Made by a program: the position numbers and the translations under genes. A model generated the notes under the pieces. That model searched no databases. It was not told where the DNA came from and saw only the letters and a list, made by a program, of their open reading frames with translations. A stretch of 64,000 nt of DNA from Vezdaea acicularis (Eukaryota). The stretch spans positions 1-64,000 of the forward strand of contig JAPEUI010000003.1 in assembly GCA_026025075.1 (NCBI GenBank), read 5' to 3'. This document shows positions 23,413 through 35,479 of this stretch, in pieces. How positions within the stretch are numbered: position 1 is the first letter of the stretch; each line of letters starts with the position of its first letter.

Positions 23413-24053
23413 TCTGTGCAGACGGGTTTTTTATTGCGTGGGAAAAAAGGGAACTTGGCCGGCGTCTCCTGTGATCAAAGTGAACCCGAAAGTCTGGAGC
23501 AGGCCGTCGCTAGTCTCGCACCGGGCTTGCTGGTCTGCTAGAGGTGCGTGTCGAAGCGAGAGCGGGCAAGGGAAGCAAAAGCAGCAGCTGCAGCAGCAAG
23601 AAAAAATTTATTTCGCCGGGTACGTGTCGGTCGGTCGGCCGGTTGGAAAGAATCGATTGTTGCACACAGTAACGAGTGAAGAGGACGCGAATATTTCGAA
23701 AGGACGGGAGCGTGCTGTCGACGCTGCTGAAGGCTGTTTGAGCAGAAAGAAGGGTGATGCAATGAGGTCCCAGCGCTTCTGCCGGTAAAAAAGAGTCGTT
23801 GGATTGGGGAAAAGGCTTGCTGAAGATCTCAAAGGAAGGGAGCTACGGCCGGGCTAAGCTATGCAGGGCGTACGAGGGGTCGAGAGGAGAGCGAGTGCAA
23901 GCCGATGGATTGGCGGTTGGGATGAAATGCGGGTGCGAGCTGCAGCGTGAAAACAGGTTGGAGGTTGTCGAAGATTGAACGTTGATGGCCGAGCGAGAGT
24001 GAAAGAAGTCTTGGTGGTGTTGAAGGGTTCAGGTGCAGCTGCAGATGAAGAAG

Positions 24054-24073
24054 GAGAGAGAGAGAGGGAGAGA
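24054..24073. repeat. Imperfect (GA)n microsatellite upstream of ras1
   Basis: gagagagagagagggagaga. Confidence 0.7.
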
Positions 24074-25447
24074 TGTGAACACAATTGGAGCTTGTGTGTT
24101 TCTGGACGTGATAGGAGATTTTTCCGATGGTTCGACAGTAGTGGGGATGATCGAGCCCAATAATGGCTGGGGGTGGGCAGGACGTGAAGGCACACTCTCT
24201 CGTCTCTGCACGAGCTTAAGGTGACAGGCAGACCGACAGCTCCCCTCCACGCCTTCGATGCTCGCGAACACAACCCAATTGGAGTCGAGATGGGAAGACA
24301 GTAGGGCGTCGTGGGCGCGTAGCTTGGGGACCTTCGATAAGACGACCGCCAGCCAGTCACGAATTGCGGTTGAGAGGAATCGTCTTTTTTTTTTGTTTTC
24401 TTTTATTTTCTTGGCCTCGCGGGATTAGGGCTTCAGGAGGAAGGGCTCCTCTCGCACTTTAGCCTCTTCCGGGGCGAGCTGCGGCAGCGGAATGGCTTCG
24501 ACGAGGCTACAAAGGCACCGGCACTCATCAGCAGAGGGGGGATCTCGACGTCCTGGTCGCGGGCAGAAAAGATGCAGGCAAGAGCTTTACGTGCAGTAAG
24601 GGCGAGATGGGCAAATATCTACTGTCGGGATTTCTGTCCTTTGTATCACCGCGCCGGAATCCGAACACGGGTTCACTGCCAGGCCACGACTACCTACATC
24701 ATGCCCGTCCTCACCTGCCTTGTCCATTCAAATCGCTGACAGGCAACTCCAGTATCTCCAAAAGCGAGAACTGCCCGCGATGAGGAGGGGCCCATGTGTG
24801 AAGGTTTGATGGACGCGCATCACTGGACGTGCGTCACAAAGTTAGGCTTGCGACGGCGTTTTCCCTTAGGCAAAAGCAACAGCAAAAGCAATAGCGTTCG
24901 TGAACTGTAGTTCAACCTTGGTTCGACCCTGTCTCAGATCCGTCTATCCACTCGAACTGCCTCTTTGCGCTATTGTCTTCACCTCTGTATCGATTTTCTT
25001 GCTGTTTCAAGACAAGCACGAATGGGATCTTCGTAATAGCCGGCTACTCCCGGTCTAGCCGTCGATCAAAGCCAATGCCTCGGTCCATTCCCCGTCTTAA
25101 GTGGTGGCCGGCAGCGAGTCATCCAGAGACAATTGTCATCAGCATCAAACTGACGTGCACCCTGCGCGACTCCAAAACGGTCTGACCGGAGGTCGCAATA
25201 TGGCTCCAGACTGCACTAGAGTTTGGGATTCTGCTGAGTGAAGAGCCACTCGATCCATAGTTGGCGGTCCTCGTGTACCGAGGCTGAGAAGTCCGTCATT
25301 CATTTCATAATCTGTGTGACGATATTGGCGGTGTTATTTACAGCCAAGCGGCAGTCTCAGTCTGAGATTTTGCACACTCTGTACCGTAAAGGTTTGACCT
25401 TTTATCCTATGTACACGTACAATACAGTACAGCCCTGTCAAAGCGGC

Positions 25448-26478
25448 TTACTCCTTTTGCGCACCTTCCTCGTTGTCGACCTCGTCCTCTGCGTTGACCC
25501 TCCTACCTTGGATCGCCGTCTCAACCTCCTTCACCAGAGACTCCATGGCTTCCGTGTCCCGGCCCACCAGCGTGACTGTATTGAAATCTTTCTGCCACCG
25601 TGGATAGCTCCCCACCTTGATACCCTTTGGCTCCACCTTTGCCGCAAGCTCTGACAGATAGGGAGCAACCTCGCTCTCCGGCATTGGTGTCGCAAACAAT
25701 ATTCTATGTAGCCCTTTACCCTCTGGGTCTGTCAGCCGCGGTAGCAACAACGGCTTCATACCATCTATCAAGGCTGTGAAAAGTCGTGGAACACCGGGCA
25801 GGATGTGCACATTCCCGTTGACGACCGAAATCGGGACCCAGAGCTTCTCATCCACGAAAAGAACCTGCTCTTCCTCATCCCTCGTCTCGTCGATAGGAAG
25901 CTCCACCATTCTCAGCTTCGCCGTTAGTTGCGGGCTTGGCTCGTCCCATGAGAATCCCGCTTGTGGCTTCGACAGCTTTTTCATTCTTTCAAGAGTGGGC
26001 TCGTGAAGCTTCAGTTTCAGCCCAAACGCTTTTGCAATGCTAGAATATGTGATATCGTCATGCGTAGGGCCTATGCCTCCGCTGGTAACCACAAAGTCAT
26101 AGTTCGCGCTCATACGCCGGGTTGCCTCGATGATCTCGCTCTCATCGTCTGCAATCACCTCAATTCGCTTCAAGTTCATGCCAAGGGAGAAGCAGAACTT
26201 TGCAAAGAACGTAGAATTGGTATCGGCAGTCTAATGTAGCAGAGATATCAGTGAGATCAATCTACTGGAGGATGTATCAAACGCACCTTGCCGCCCAAAA
26301 CCTCGTCCCCAATTATTATACATCCTGCCGTATGTATTGTACGCTTCGCTCGCTCGCTCGCAGATGATGATGTCATACTGCTCGCAAGGCCTGCTCGTGT
26401 GGCAGTAGCGGATGTGTGGGCGTAGTTGGGGAGAGGACGAGACAGATGTCGTGTAATCTGTGAAAGGCGGGAAAACAT
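25448..26478 (-). CDS. Molybdopterin-binding/CinA-like domain protein (FPY1/YMR178W-like FAD diphosphatase, 324 aa)
   Basis: complement(join(25448..26230,26287..26478)). Motifs IIIGDEVLGGKTADTNS, TSGGIGPTHDDIT, ILPGVPRLF, KVGSYP. Arg/Ser-rich N-terminal extension. Confidence 0.9.
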
Positions 26479-26658
26479 GGGTGGAGCTATGTAGCTGTAG
26501 GTTACCTAGTCAGATGGGGGGGGGGCTCAAAGTTTCCAAAGGGCGCGAGGGAAATTTCCCGGTTCCTGAACCCATAATTTTCGGACCCCGCCAATGCCCC
26601 GCGCTCAGCTTGATAGATATCTTTATAGCAACCTTACCGCTTGCGCATATTCACCACA

Positions 26659-27208
26659 ATGTCTTCTGAAGCGCGTCTCTATTCATTTTCGCCAGAGACC
26701 AAAGAGGCGCTTCGAAAATTCCGACTTGGGACGTCACGCGCCAAGGAGCTCCAAGCTGTCATCTGTAAGATGCACTCTCCAGCCCGCACGAAGAGGCGCA
26801 ACTGCTGACACCGCACCTTCCACAGACCAAATCGACAAATCTACGCAAGAGATCCAGAAGACGGGGGAGGACGTGTACACCAGCCTCGACGAGATAGCTG
26901 AAGACCTTCCAGACCACTCCCCGCGCTTCGTGTTACTCTCCTATCCCCTCACCCTCGTACGTGCACAGGCACTCAACGGGCCTGTACCATACTGACTACT
27001 CATGTGTGCCGTGTAGTCTTCAGGCCGGCCTTCCGTCCCGTACATCCTCTTGTACTACCTTCCCCAGACCTGCGCGGCTGAGAGCCGCATGCTTTACGCG
27101 GGGGCGAAGGAGTTGATGCGGAACACGGCGGAGGTGGGAAAGGTGCTGGAGATTGAGAGCCCGGAGGATCTGGAGGAGATAGAAGAGAAGCTGGTGGGTG
27201 ATGTATAA
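26659..27208 (+). CDS. Glia maturation factor (ADF-H family, Aim7-like, 142 aa)
   Basis: join(26659..26764,26826..26956,27017..27208). Motifs LRKFRLGTSRA, LPDHSPRFVLLSYPL, SGRPSVPY, RMLYAGAKELM. Confidence 0.93.
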
Positions 27209-28277
27209 GATAGACTACTTGATATCTGTTATAGATCTAATAAGACCTATCGTGTTGTTTTAAGGCCGGAGCTCGCTGTTCTGCAAACAATATGAGTATC
27301 AGGAGCGGCACGCCCAATAAGGTTAATACGTGAGGATTTTGATTCATCCGAATAATAAGAGTATTAACGCGCCTTCCGTCTACTATCGGTTGCGTAGTGT
27401 AGCGGTTATCACTCCGGATTTTGATTACGAAATCCATATGTTCCGGCAACCTGAGTTCGAATCTCGGCGCGACCTTGACTTTTTGGATCATCCTTTTTGT
27501 CTCCTTCTCTTGTTTCTCAATGCACTTAGGAAGTCCAGAGCATATTACAAGCCTTGGACGTCAGGAAATAGTCAATTTGTCCTGTTACTCCTTCACAAGC
27601 AGCATCAGCCCATGTAACGCTAAAAGCTAAACGACGTCCAGCGAGCGTGCTACCGCCTGCCTAGCGCTTCAGAAGAAAAGCTTACCCTCCACCGCCAAGC
27701 ATACGCGGGGAGTGGACGTCGCTCCCCGCATCACCGCCGTGCAAACATCAACAAGAGAATTGCGGTATTGGATCGCGGCACGGGCACATGTTTGAAACAG
27801 CCTCTATTAATATCTCGACTCCGACATGCATAATAAGAAGGCCGGTGGTTAGTCTCTTACACAGAAGCCTTTCCTATCACCGCCCATGCAATCGCTCGAT
27901 CGGGGGGCTTTTTCGTTTCCGCTTGGCGCGACCACATGCCTCTCCACCGTTGGCCGCCCACAGCCCTACTCCCATTCAGGCCTTGTCCGGTGCTTATGCC
28001 TGCGGTTGGCTAGGCATCTAACCAATCGCTCCGTCGAGATGACCGTCTCATGCCTGGATATCAGCTCAACGGCAGCCACTGAGGGGTAGCTTCAGCCCAC
28101 GCGTGGGACTTACCGGGATGCGGCCAATCAGCCCAGCAAGAGCCCCGAACTTGACCGCCGAGCTCCTCTTACTACAAATACAGGTTCTCCCCGACCGAAC
28201 CCTCGGCGCTGCAAAGCTCAATCCTCCCACGTTGATAGCACACTGATACGCCCGCAACGATCCGTGGGACGCACGAC

Positions 28278-29260
28278 ATGAATCCTCAACGAGGTCGAGG
28301 AGCCCCTCGTGGCCGAGGCGTGCCCATGCGCGGAGCACCAGTAAGAGGCAGAGGCGTGCCTACAAGGGGCCGTCCGCCTGGTCGGGCGATGAGAGCTCGT
28401 GGGCGAGGTGTCCCAATGCGGGGAGGTCCTCCCCCGCGTGGAAGAGGCCCACTGCGTGGACATCCCCCCTCGAGAGGATCTGCACCGCATCTCGCTGCTG
28501 GACGTCCAGCCCCTCAACATGCCGCAAGCCATCCAGGAACTCACGCGCCAGCAGCCCATCCAGGAGCAGCCCGCCCAGGGGCAACCCACGCCGCGACGAC
28601 TGCGGCAGGCGCTCACAAAGCCCCCGCGCACGCCGCTCCAGCCAAAAAGTAGGGAGATATAGATTCCAAAGTGCTATATCATAACTAACCACCTACCAAC
28701 CTGTCAGACCAGGCCACAAACTAGCCACGGGCGCGGCGGTGGGAGCCGCCGGCGCCGGCGCCGCCTACTTGTACCACGAGTACAGCGAGCACAATGAGCA
28801 CAGCACCGAGACGGAGAACAGCGAGAACTACGAAGGCCACGAAAGCTACGAGGGCTATTATCAAGGCGAAGACGGCGAGTGGTACGAGGACCCGGACTAC
28901 GAGGGCGGCTATGAGGGCGGCTACGAGGGCGAGGACGGACAGTGGTACGAGTATCCCCCTGAAGACGAGCATGGTGGGGATCAAGCCCAGATCATGTCTG
29001 CGGGGGACGATCCGTTTCCGGCGAGCGAGGCGCCCAAGATGGAGGCGGAGAAGCCTGGGTTGGGGGGTAGTGCGGGAGATGCGACGGCGGCCGGAGGAGG
29101 AGCGGATGATGGCTGTTGTGGCGGTTGCTGCGATTGTGGGAGTTGTTGTGGTGGTGGTGGTGATGGCGGGGGATGCGGTGGTTGTGGAGGCTGTGGCTGT
29201 TGCGGAGATTCGAACGATCCGCAGAACAATAATGATAGCGGATGTTGCGTCATTATGTAG
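28278..29260 (+). CDS. Low-complexity protein (307 aa): RG-rich N-terminus, acidic YEG repeats, Cys/Gly-rich tail, CaaX box
   Basis: join(28278..28648,28708..29260). 59-nt intron GTAGGG..ACTAAC..CAG joins the 124-aa and 173-aa ORFs in frame. Ends GCCVIM. Confidence 0.8.
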
Positions 29261-31354
29261 GACCCAGTGGGGCTCAGGACGAATGTACTGGAATCCCGTA
29301 CGTGGAACGCCTTGCGCATGGCTCCGGATGAGTTAAGTTGGAAGCGTCAAGTATAAGCATGCATCGAATTGAATATTCACAACTGAACCTCCTTTTCCCA
29401 GGAGACAGCTTTCGGCTGTGAAGCTTGGTGAGCATGTATACGTAGACTTCCCAATACTAACTATACGTAGCGATCCAAGCATGGCTCTACGGCCGCGCTC
29501 TGGTCATAGCACTAGTCCCCGTCCGTGAACTCATAGTGGTGTCCATCGTTCAGACCGGTTCAGATCGTGCGACCCCTTCTGGTCTCTGTCGCACGTGAGG
29601 CCATCTGGATTCCCCTAGAGCACCGCATCGCCCATATACGTTCATAAGCAATCATCAAAGCAGCGTATGGATTCTGCTTCAAGCAATTGTTAGAGTAAAA
29701 GCGCCCCAGCTCTCCATATCCGTGGTCGAGATTGTTCCAGTGGTTACACTTTTGATTCTGATAGACACTGGGACGGAAAACAACGCATGGGGGTCTAAAT
29801 CTTGAATTGATACAGGAACGTGTTATTGACGCTGGGTTCGCTTCATTTGGCCTGGTGTTCGTGCTTGATTTTTCCACTCTCCATTCTGGGTGGCTTGCGC
29901 GATTTGAGTGATCTACGTAACCCCCACAGTCTGTGTGGCCCGTGTAGTCTGAAGTCTAGGCAGGGTCTGTGGATATTTTAAAGATATTTTAGCACGCGGG
30001 GCGATGTGCGAGGTGTGGAAAGACTCGACAAGTTAGGGGATTGAAGGAGGAAAGGGCACCACAAGGCCTAAATCTTGTGGCGAGCGTGGGGGCGTGCTAT
30101 ATGAAAGACACATGGAAGTGCGTGTGCTACTTCCGTTGAAAGGCCCAAAGTATGTGAGCGACGTAGCTCAGCGCTCTAGCTCAGCGATCCGCAGTTTGCA
30201 CCCAAGCGCATTAAGGCCTAACAAGAATCGATAGCGGAAGCATCTCATCTAGGAGAAGATAGCACGCCCGCGTTCGGAAACGTGGTCCATCTTGTCAGTG
30301 CCATGGCATGTCTTGAGCGAAATATCTTGAGACGAGACGGTAACAATTGGTTGCAATTTCACAATTCCGGGTTCGTGATAATCAGAGACTCTCCAAGATG
30401 TTTCCTACGATAGGCCGAGTCTTTCTCCCGATCTCTAGGAAAGATATGTGGCACTCTGGGCTTTTGGGAGGCCTTGAAGCCGAGAAGCTCCCTTCGGTGT
30501 TTTTTGCGTTCACGGAGTTTGCTCCGAGGCGGAAGATATCCTTGAAATGGAACGGCACCTCTTCCAATTGAGGTTCAATATATTTGCGGCGTCTTTCCAA
30601 TGCCTCCAGCCGTTTAAAAGCCTTCACAGACGGGTATGAACCGGCTAGAAAGTGATACTCAAGAAGGCTTGATGCGAGCTTCGTCGAAACCTGATCGATT
30701 AAATCGGCGACGTCGCCTGTCGGTTTTCGTCGCATAATTTGTGGCCGACACGACATAACCAACCGCGTGCAACCGCATAGGGCTTTAATCGCGTTATTTC
30801 TTCGCCCTTGATCTGCAAGATATCAAAGGTCTTGTTATCTACCGTGTCTCCAGATGAGACTTCGGCTATAACGCCGCCTGCTGCCTCGAGCTTTAGAACC
30901 GTTTCGTGGTAGCGATGCCGCCCGGTTGAAGGTTTCAACTACTGTCTCTGGTGGAATCCTTCCGCCGTTGCCATGTGCTCGACACCAATGCTTCCGGTTC
31001 ACGTATACAAACCGTTGCGTAAGCTTCTTATCCGCTAAGGGAAACGCCAGCGCCCTGTAGCAACTTAGCTGCTTCATAGGCTCGTGCTGATGGTTTCGAA
31101 CTGTCGTTCAAGATGCAGCCTGATATCTCCTTGCCCTCATATCAAACCTCTGACGATAGCCATGGGTTTGGAAGACATATCAAGCTTCCAGCTCTGCTGT
31201 CTGTAGGGTTTGGTAACTTCTCTACTTTCCTTTCTATTAATTCCCCTTGATGTTATCCAACATCCACATCCACATTCCTTTTCAAAACCAAGTTTCTAAA
31301 CCTCACAGCACTGCCCAATATTGCTCCTATCACAATTTCCAAGCCAATATCTCT

Positions 31355-32365
31355 ATGGAATCTTCCACATTATTCCGCTTTTGCGCAATATTCTTATATG
31401 CTTTCATTCGATGCTCGAGATCCAACCCTCTTCCTGCCCCAGGGGGCATCGTGCTAACCACCTCTCAGAGGAATATCAGCACAATCCCATCTAGTACTCC
31501 ATCGTCAGTATCTCCAGCTCCGACACCTTCCTCCACTACGCTCGGCACGGACTCCTACAACGAATTGGGTGGCCTGCAAGCAGATTTCTCTTGTTTGGGT
31601 CACGGGGCTAGCGCAAACCGCGCAATAGAGGACGCCCTTAACCTCGCCTCCTCAGGCATTGCAGCGGCTGAGTTCAATTACCAGAATTCTCTTTATGTTG
31701 TAGGCATTAAGACAATAGGTACGCTTTGGTTCCTTACCATCCCATGGGAATCCTCTGACATTAGTACAGGCTCAGTAATGGTGAACCAATCTGCCGCATC
31801 CAACACTCAAAGCCTATCTTATCCTCTAGATTATTTCTTCACCGCGGCCGATGGCGCCGTTGTCGCAAGTAATTTTCAAAGCGCGGTCAATGCTATAGTG
31901 GCCGGTGGAGGGCAAAGCATCTACCTAAGCTGCGGAGATGACGATACATGCACTTCAAGAAATCTTCTAGCTTACTTCCGGCCAGCGACTACGGCATACC
32001 CCCAAAGCGGGATCAAGCTCTGCAATGCTGCACTTGCTCTCCCTTCGCTCAACACGCCATGTACGAAGCAGCCAGATGCCACAATCAGCATTGGGCACGT
32101 AGTTTTACATGAGCTACTAAGAATGCAGAACGCATCGGTTCAAGATACAGCGACAGGACTTTCTGCCGCAGTCAATCTAAGTCTCGATGGTAACGGAATG
32201 GTCGAGAACGCGGATAATTACGCCTATTTTGCCGATTGGGCATATGAGCTTGGTTTCAAGCAGGACTCGCAAGGCTGTCTAGCTACTACAACTCACACCC
32301 AGTTCGTCGACCCAATACCTCGTGGGGACAATACAGGTGGGAAGGGATATGGACAACAGCCTTAG
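31355..32365 (+). CDS. Secreted deuterolysin (M35)-like protein with degenerate zinc site
   Basis: Signal-peptide-like start, S/T/P linker, GIKLC, VVLHELLR, VQDTATG, ENADNYAYFA. Probable in-frame 51-nt intron at 31719..31769 (GTACGC..CTGAC..CAG). Confidence 0.75.
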   Translation: MESSTLFRFCAIFLYAFIRCSRSNPLPAPGGIVLTTSQRNISTIPSSTPSSVSPAPTPSSTTLGTDSYNELGGLQADFSCLGHGASANRAIEDALNLASSGIAAAEFNYQNSLYVVGIKTIGTLWFLTIPWESSDISTGSVMVNQSAASNTQSLSYPLDYFFTAADGAVVASNFQSAVNAIVAGGGQSIYLSCGDDDTCTSRNLLAYFRPATTAYPQSGIKLCNAALALPSLNTPCTKQPDATISIGHVVLHELLRMQNASVQDTATGLSAAVNLSLDGNGMVENADNYAYFADWAYELGFKQDSQGCLATTTHTQFVDPIPRGDNTGGKGYGQQP

Positions 32366-32729
32366 TAAAGTCGCCGTATTGTGGAGATGGGCTAAGAATG
32401 CAGATTTGGTTATGGTCATGGTCTATGCCGAGCTTCATTTTCAGAAACTGTGAGTGTAGCAAGCTATAAGACGGAGACGCACTCCATCATGACCCGCTGC
32501 AGGAGTTTCCGAATATAGCATGGATAACGCGGGAGAGAGACGCGATGATTGGACATTGCCATCATTAACCGCCCATTCCTGAAACGAGGGGCACCGCCTC
32601 TCAAATCCGCCTTGCTGACTAAGTTTTTCTCCCGGCAACAGCGCATCGAGCGCACCCAAACTCACGTACAGATACATTTTCCCGTGCGTGAAGTACTAGG
32701 ACTTCCGGCGATCCTTTAGTATCGTCACG

Positions 32730-35479
32730 ATGCCTGCTAGAAAGCTTAGACATCAGAAGCTTCGGGAGCTTTTAGACAGATACAGAATCCATTTTCGGGG
32801 ACCCGTGTCCTCGGGTATATATCCACCAGATCATACCAATGTATTCGCAGACATTGATTCCCTTACGAAGAAGACCTTTGCTAGATATGGCATGCCCGGC
32901 GATGTTCAATCGTCTCAAGGTGAGCAAGAGTGGAAAGAGCGAACAAGGCGCCATGCCGGAAAGATCGCGGAGAAAACAGCCAGGCTTTATAATGAGAGTC
33001 GAAATGAATATGGGTGGCGGGTAGTATTGGAGGAGAGGATATTCGCCCGGTTAACGACAGAAGTCGCATGGTATTTCCTACATATGAAATGACTTCAAGC
33101 CTTGTTATCGCTAAGTATCATAGCCCAATCTGTCGTGGGAGATTTTGGAGGTCGGAAATCGAAGCCTCAAGTGGCGAGACAACAGCATCGTTAGAAAACC
33201 GTCGGAAAAGCCGTAAACCTTGCGACTGTGCAGGTGCTAGCCGGCCTCGAGATCCGTCAGTGTTCGTTCGTCAAAGCCATCTTTGAGTTTGAACTAATAT
33301 CGTACTCTAGTCTAGATTTTGGAGACAACCCTCTGTTTTCTGATAGGGCAGACACTATCATCCTCCATGACTCTAACCTCCAGGCCGAACTAAAGAAGAA
33401 AGAACGCCCAGATCGTGTTTTCGGCTTGCAAGAAACGCGAAACTTTGCAAATGCGCTGAATTCAGGATTTAGAGGCGCTCACTTAAGTGTCCAGGCAGAC
33501 AACCGTGTCCGTGACGCCATCAGATGTACGCCATTTGCTCAAGATGGAAATCCACTTTTGTTCCCTTTCCTCATTATTGAGGCCAAGCCCGAGGAAAGTG
33601 GAGATGGATTCAGAAGTATCGAACTGCAGACTTCTTTATCTATTTACACTCTTCTACGAATCCAGCAAGGACTGCAGAATGAAAACGGCGAGGACTCAAA
33701 ATGGTCCGATGGCCCAATGGTTTGGTTTTTCGCGAACAAGGGCCAAAACTGGCAGGTGTGGTTGTGCTATAGTAAGACTGTTGAAGGTATCCTCAGAAAC
33801 TTTGAAAATCAGAGCAAAGAATATGTACGCATTCACATTTGTTCAAACCTGAGCTCTCTGCTCCGCTAAAGCGCCAAAGCACTTCTGACGGTCTTCAGGA
33901 ATTTGTTCCAGTGTGGGAAGGGGACATCAGGTCACACGACAAGGCGCTTCAGTTACTTTTAATTGTTGACTACGTCTTTGACTGGGCGCGTGACATATAT
34001 CGGCCTGCTGTTCTTTGCGACCTCAACCTTCTTTCCCACAGGGTGGGTAAAAAAGACACAGCTAGTACCGCAACTGATAGCGATATAATATCCATGAGAG
34101 CATCGCTTCCGAGGTGGAGCACTCAGCCACTCCCGTGTCAGGATCTCGTGGCTCCAGAAGCGTTCGCTTTAGACTCTCCCAACGGCGTGGTTCGTGACGC
34201 CTCTTTGATAATGACTAGACTTTCTGGGCTTTATATTACTCGAGACAACATCGCAATTATACTGGGCCTACTGCCAGGCGTGGGCCAGGCGCAGACATTC
34301 GTCAATTCAATGATAGAAGCACTTTCGCAGGATTCATTACTGTTAACCAGGGAAACTCTGAACGCTCTCGAGCATAAATGGACTGGAAAGACAACATACA
34401 ATAGAAGCCACCACGAATTGGATCGCGAATATATTGTACAGATAAACATCACTACCTACTTGGACACATGGTGGAGGCAAGTTAGGGAGCTTTCGTTCCT
34501 CGCAGTTTCGGAGGATGCGATTAATGTCCTAACGGAAAACCCGGAGTCTCTACCCACATTAGCTCAGGCTCGGGAGAACGCACATCCCATGAGCCAAGAG
34601 ACCCTTGAGAAAGTCTCGGATAAACTTCAAAATCTTTCAATCGAAGAAGGTCTCCTTGAGGCAATGAACATGTCTTCATCCTCCATTAGTCCTCGGTTGC
34701 CGAAAAGCCCTTCGGCGCATAAGCGGGACTACGAGATCTTTGAGGTAGATGATCCGTTTGCTCACAAAGCGTTCTACTCCATTTCTAGTCTAGATAAGCT
34801 TGCAGGCCAGCAACTCTCCGAGCTCTCGATTCGTAGGTCTGATCGTATTGACAAGCAATCTTTCCATCGAGGTAATCTATTCAAGGATTCACGCCCCTTG
34901 GTTTCTAGGAACGGCTTTCTCTTGGTAAAGGGGGCTTGCACATTTTCGGAACATGTTTGCTGGGCGCCAACACCGGAGATATGTCTCTTCAGTCTCCGGG
35001 AGCTATTGGAATACCCAAGCAAAGAGTTGCTGGCAGGAATCATACAGGATGAAATCAGACACGGGCAGAGCTATCACACAAAGCGCTTGAGCAGCCCTCA
35101 CATTGGATGGCACTCAACGGAATGGAATAAAAAAAATGGTGGATATTCCGTCTGCGGTGACTGGTGTCAGGAGAGAATGTCGAGATGGGCCTCCGAATTA
35201 CCACCTCTAACCCCTCGGAATACACCTCCACCGACGTTGATCAAGAAAAGCTCGTCGCCTGATGTTGACCTTAACATGGAGACTCCTAAAGCTCCATCAA
35301 GGTTCTTCAAGCCAAGCAGTCCGCTGGACTTCAAATCCTCACAAAGCGCCGATGCTATGGATGTGGATGATCGCGATGAATACAGTACCAGCGTCCCTGG
35401 AACTTCTTATGGAGCATTCCTCGAACATGCCAGGAATTACAGCCCTGGAGGGAAACGTTCTCCGATACTCATAGAATAG
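32730..35479 (+). CDS. Hypothetical protein (855 aa) with PD-(D/E)XK nuclease-like core
   Basis: join(32730..33070,33124..33255,33311..33824,33899..35479), phases consistent. Motifs RPDRVFGLQET, LLFPFLIIEAK, ELQT, KALQLLLIVDYVFDWARDIYR. Confidence 0.75.

Noticed and set aside
23413..25447. ORFs upstream of ras1
   Set aside because: No recognisable product; consistent with a long 5' leader and promoter.
30161..30190. TAGCTCAG twice, as a tRNA A-box
   Set aside because: No cloverleaf or properly spaced GTTCRA B-box; just a short tandem duplication.
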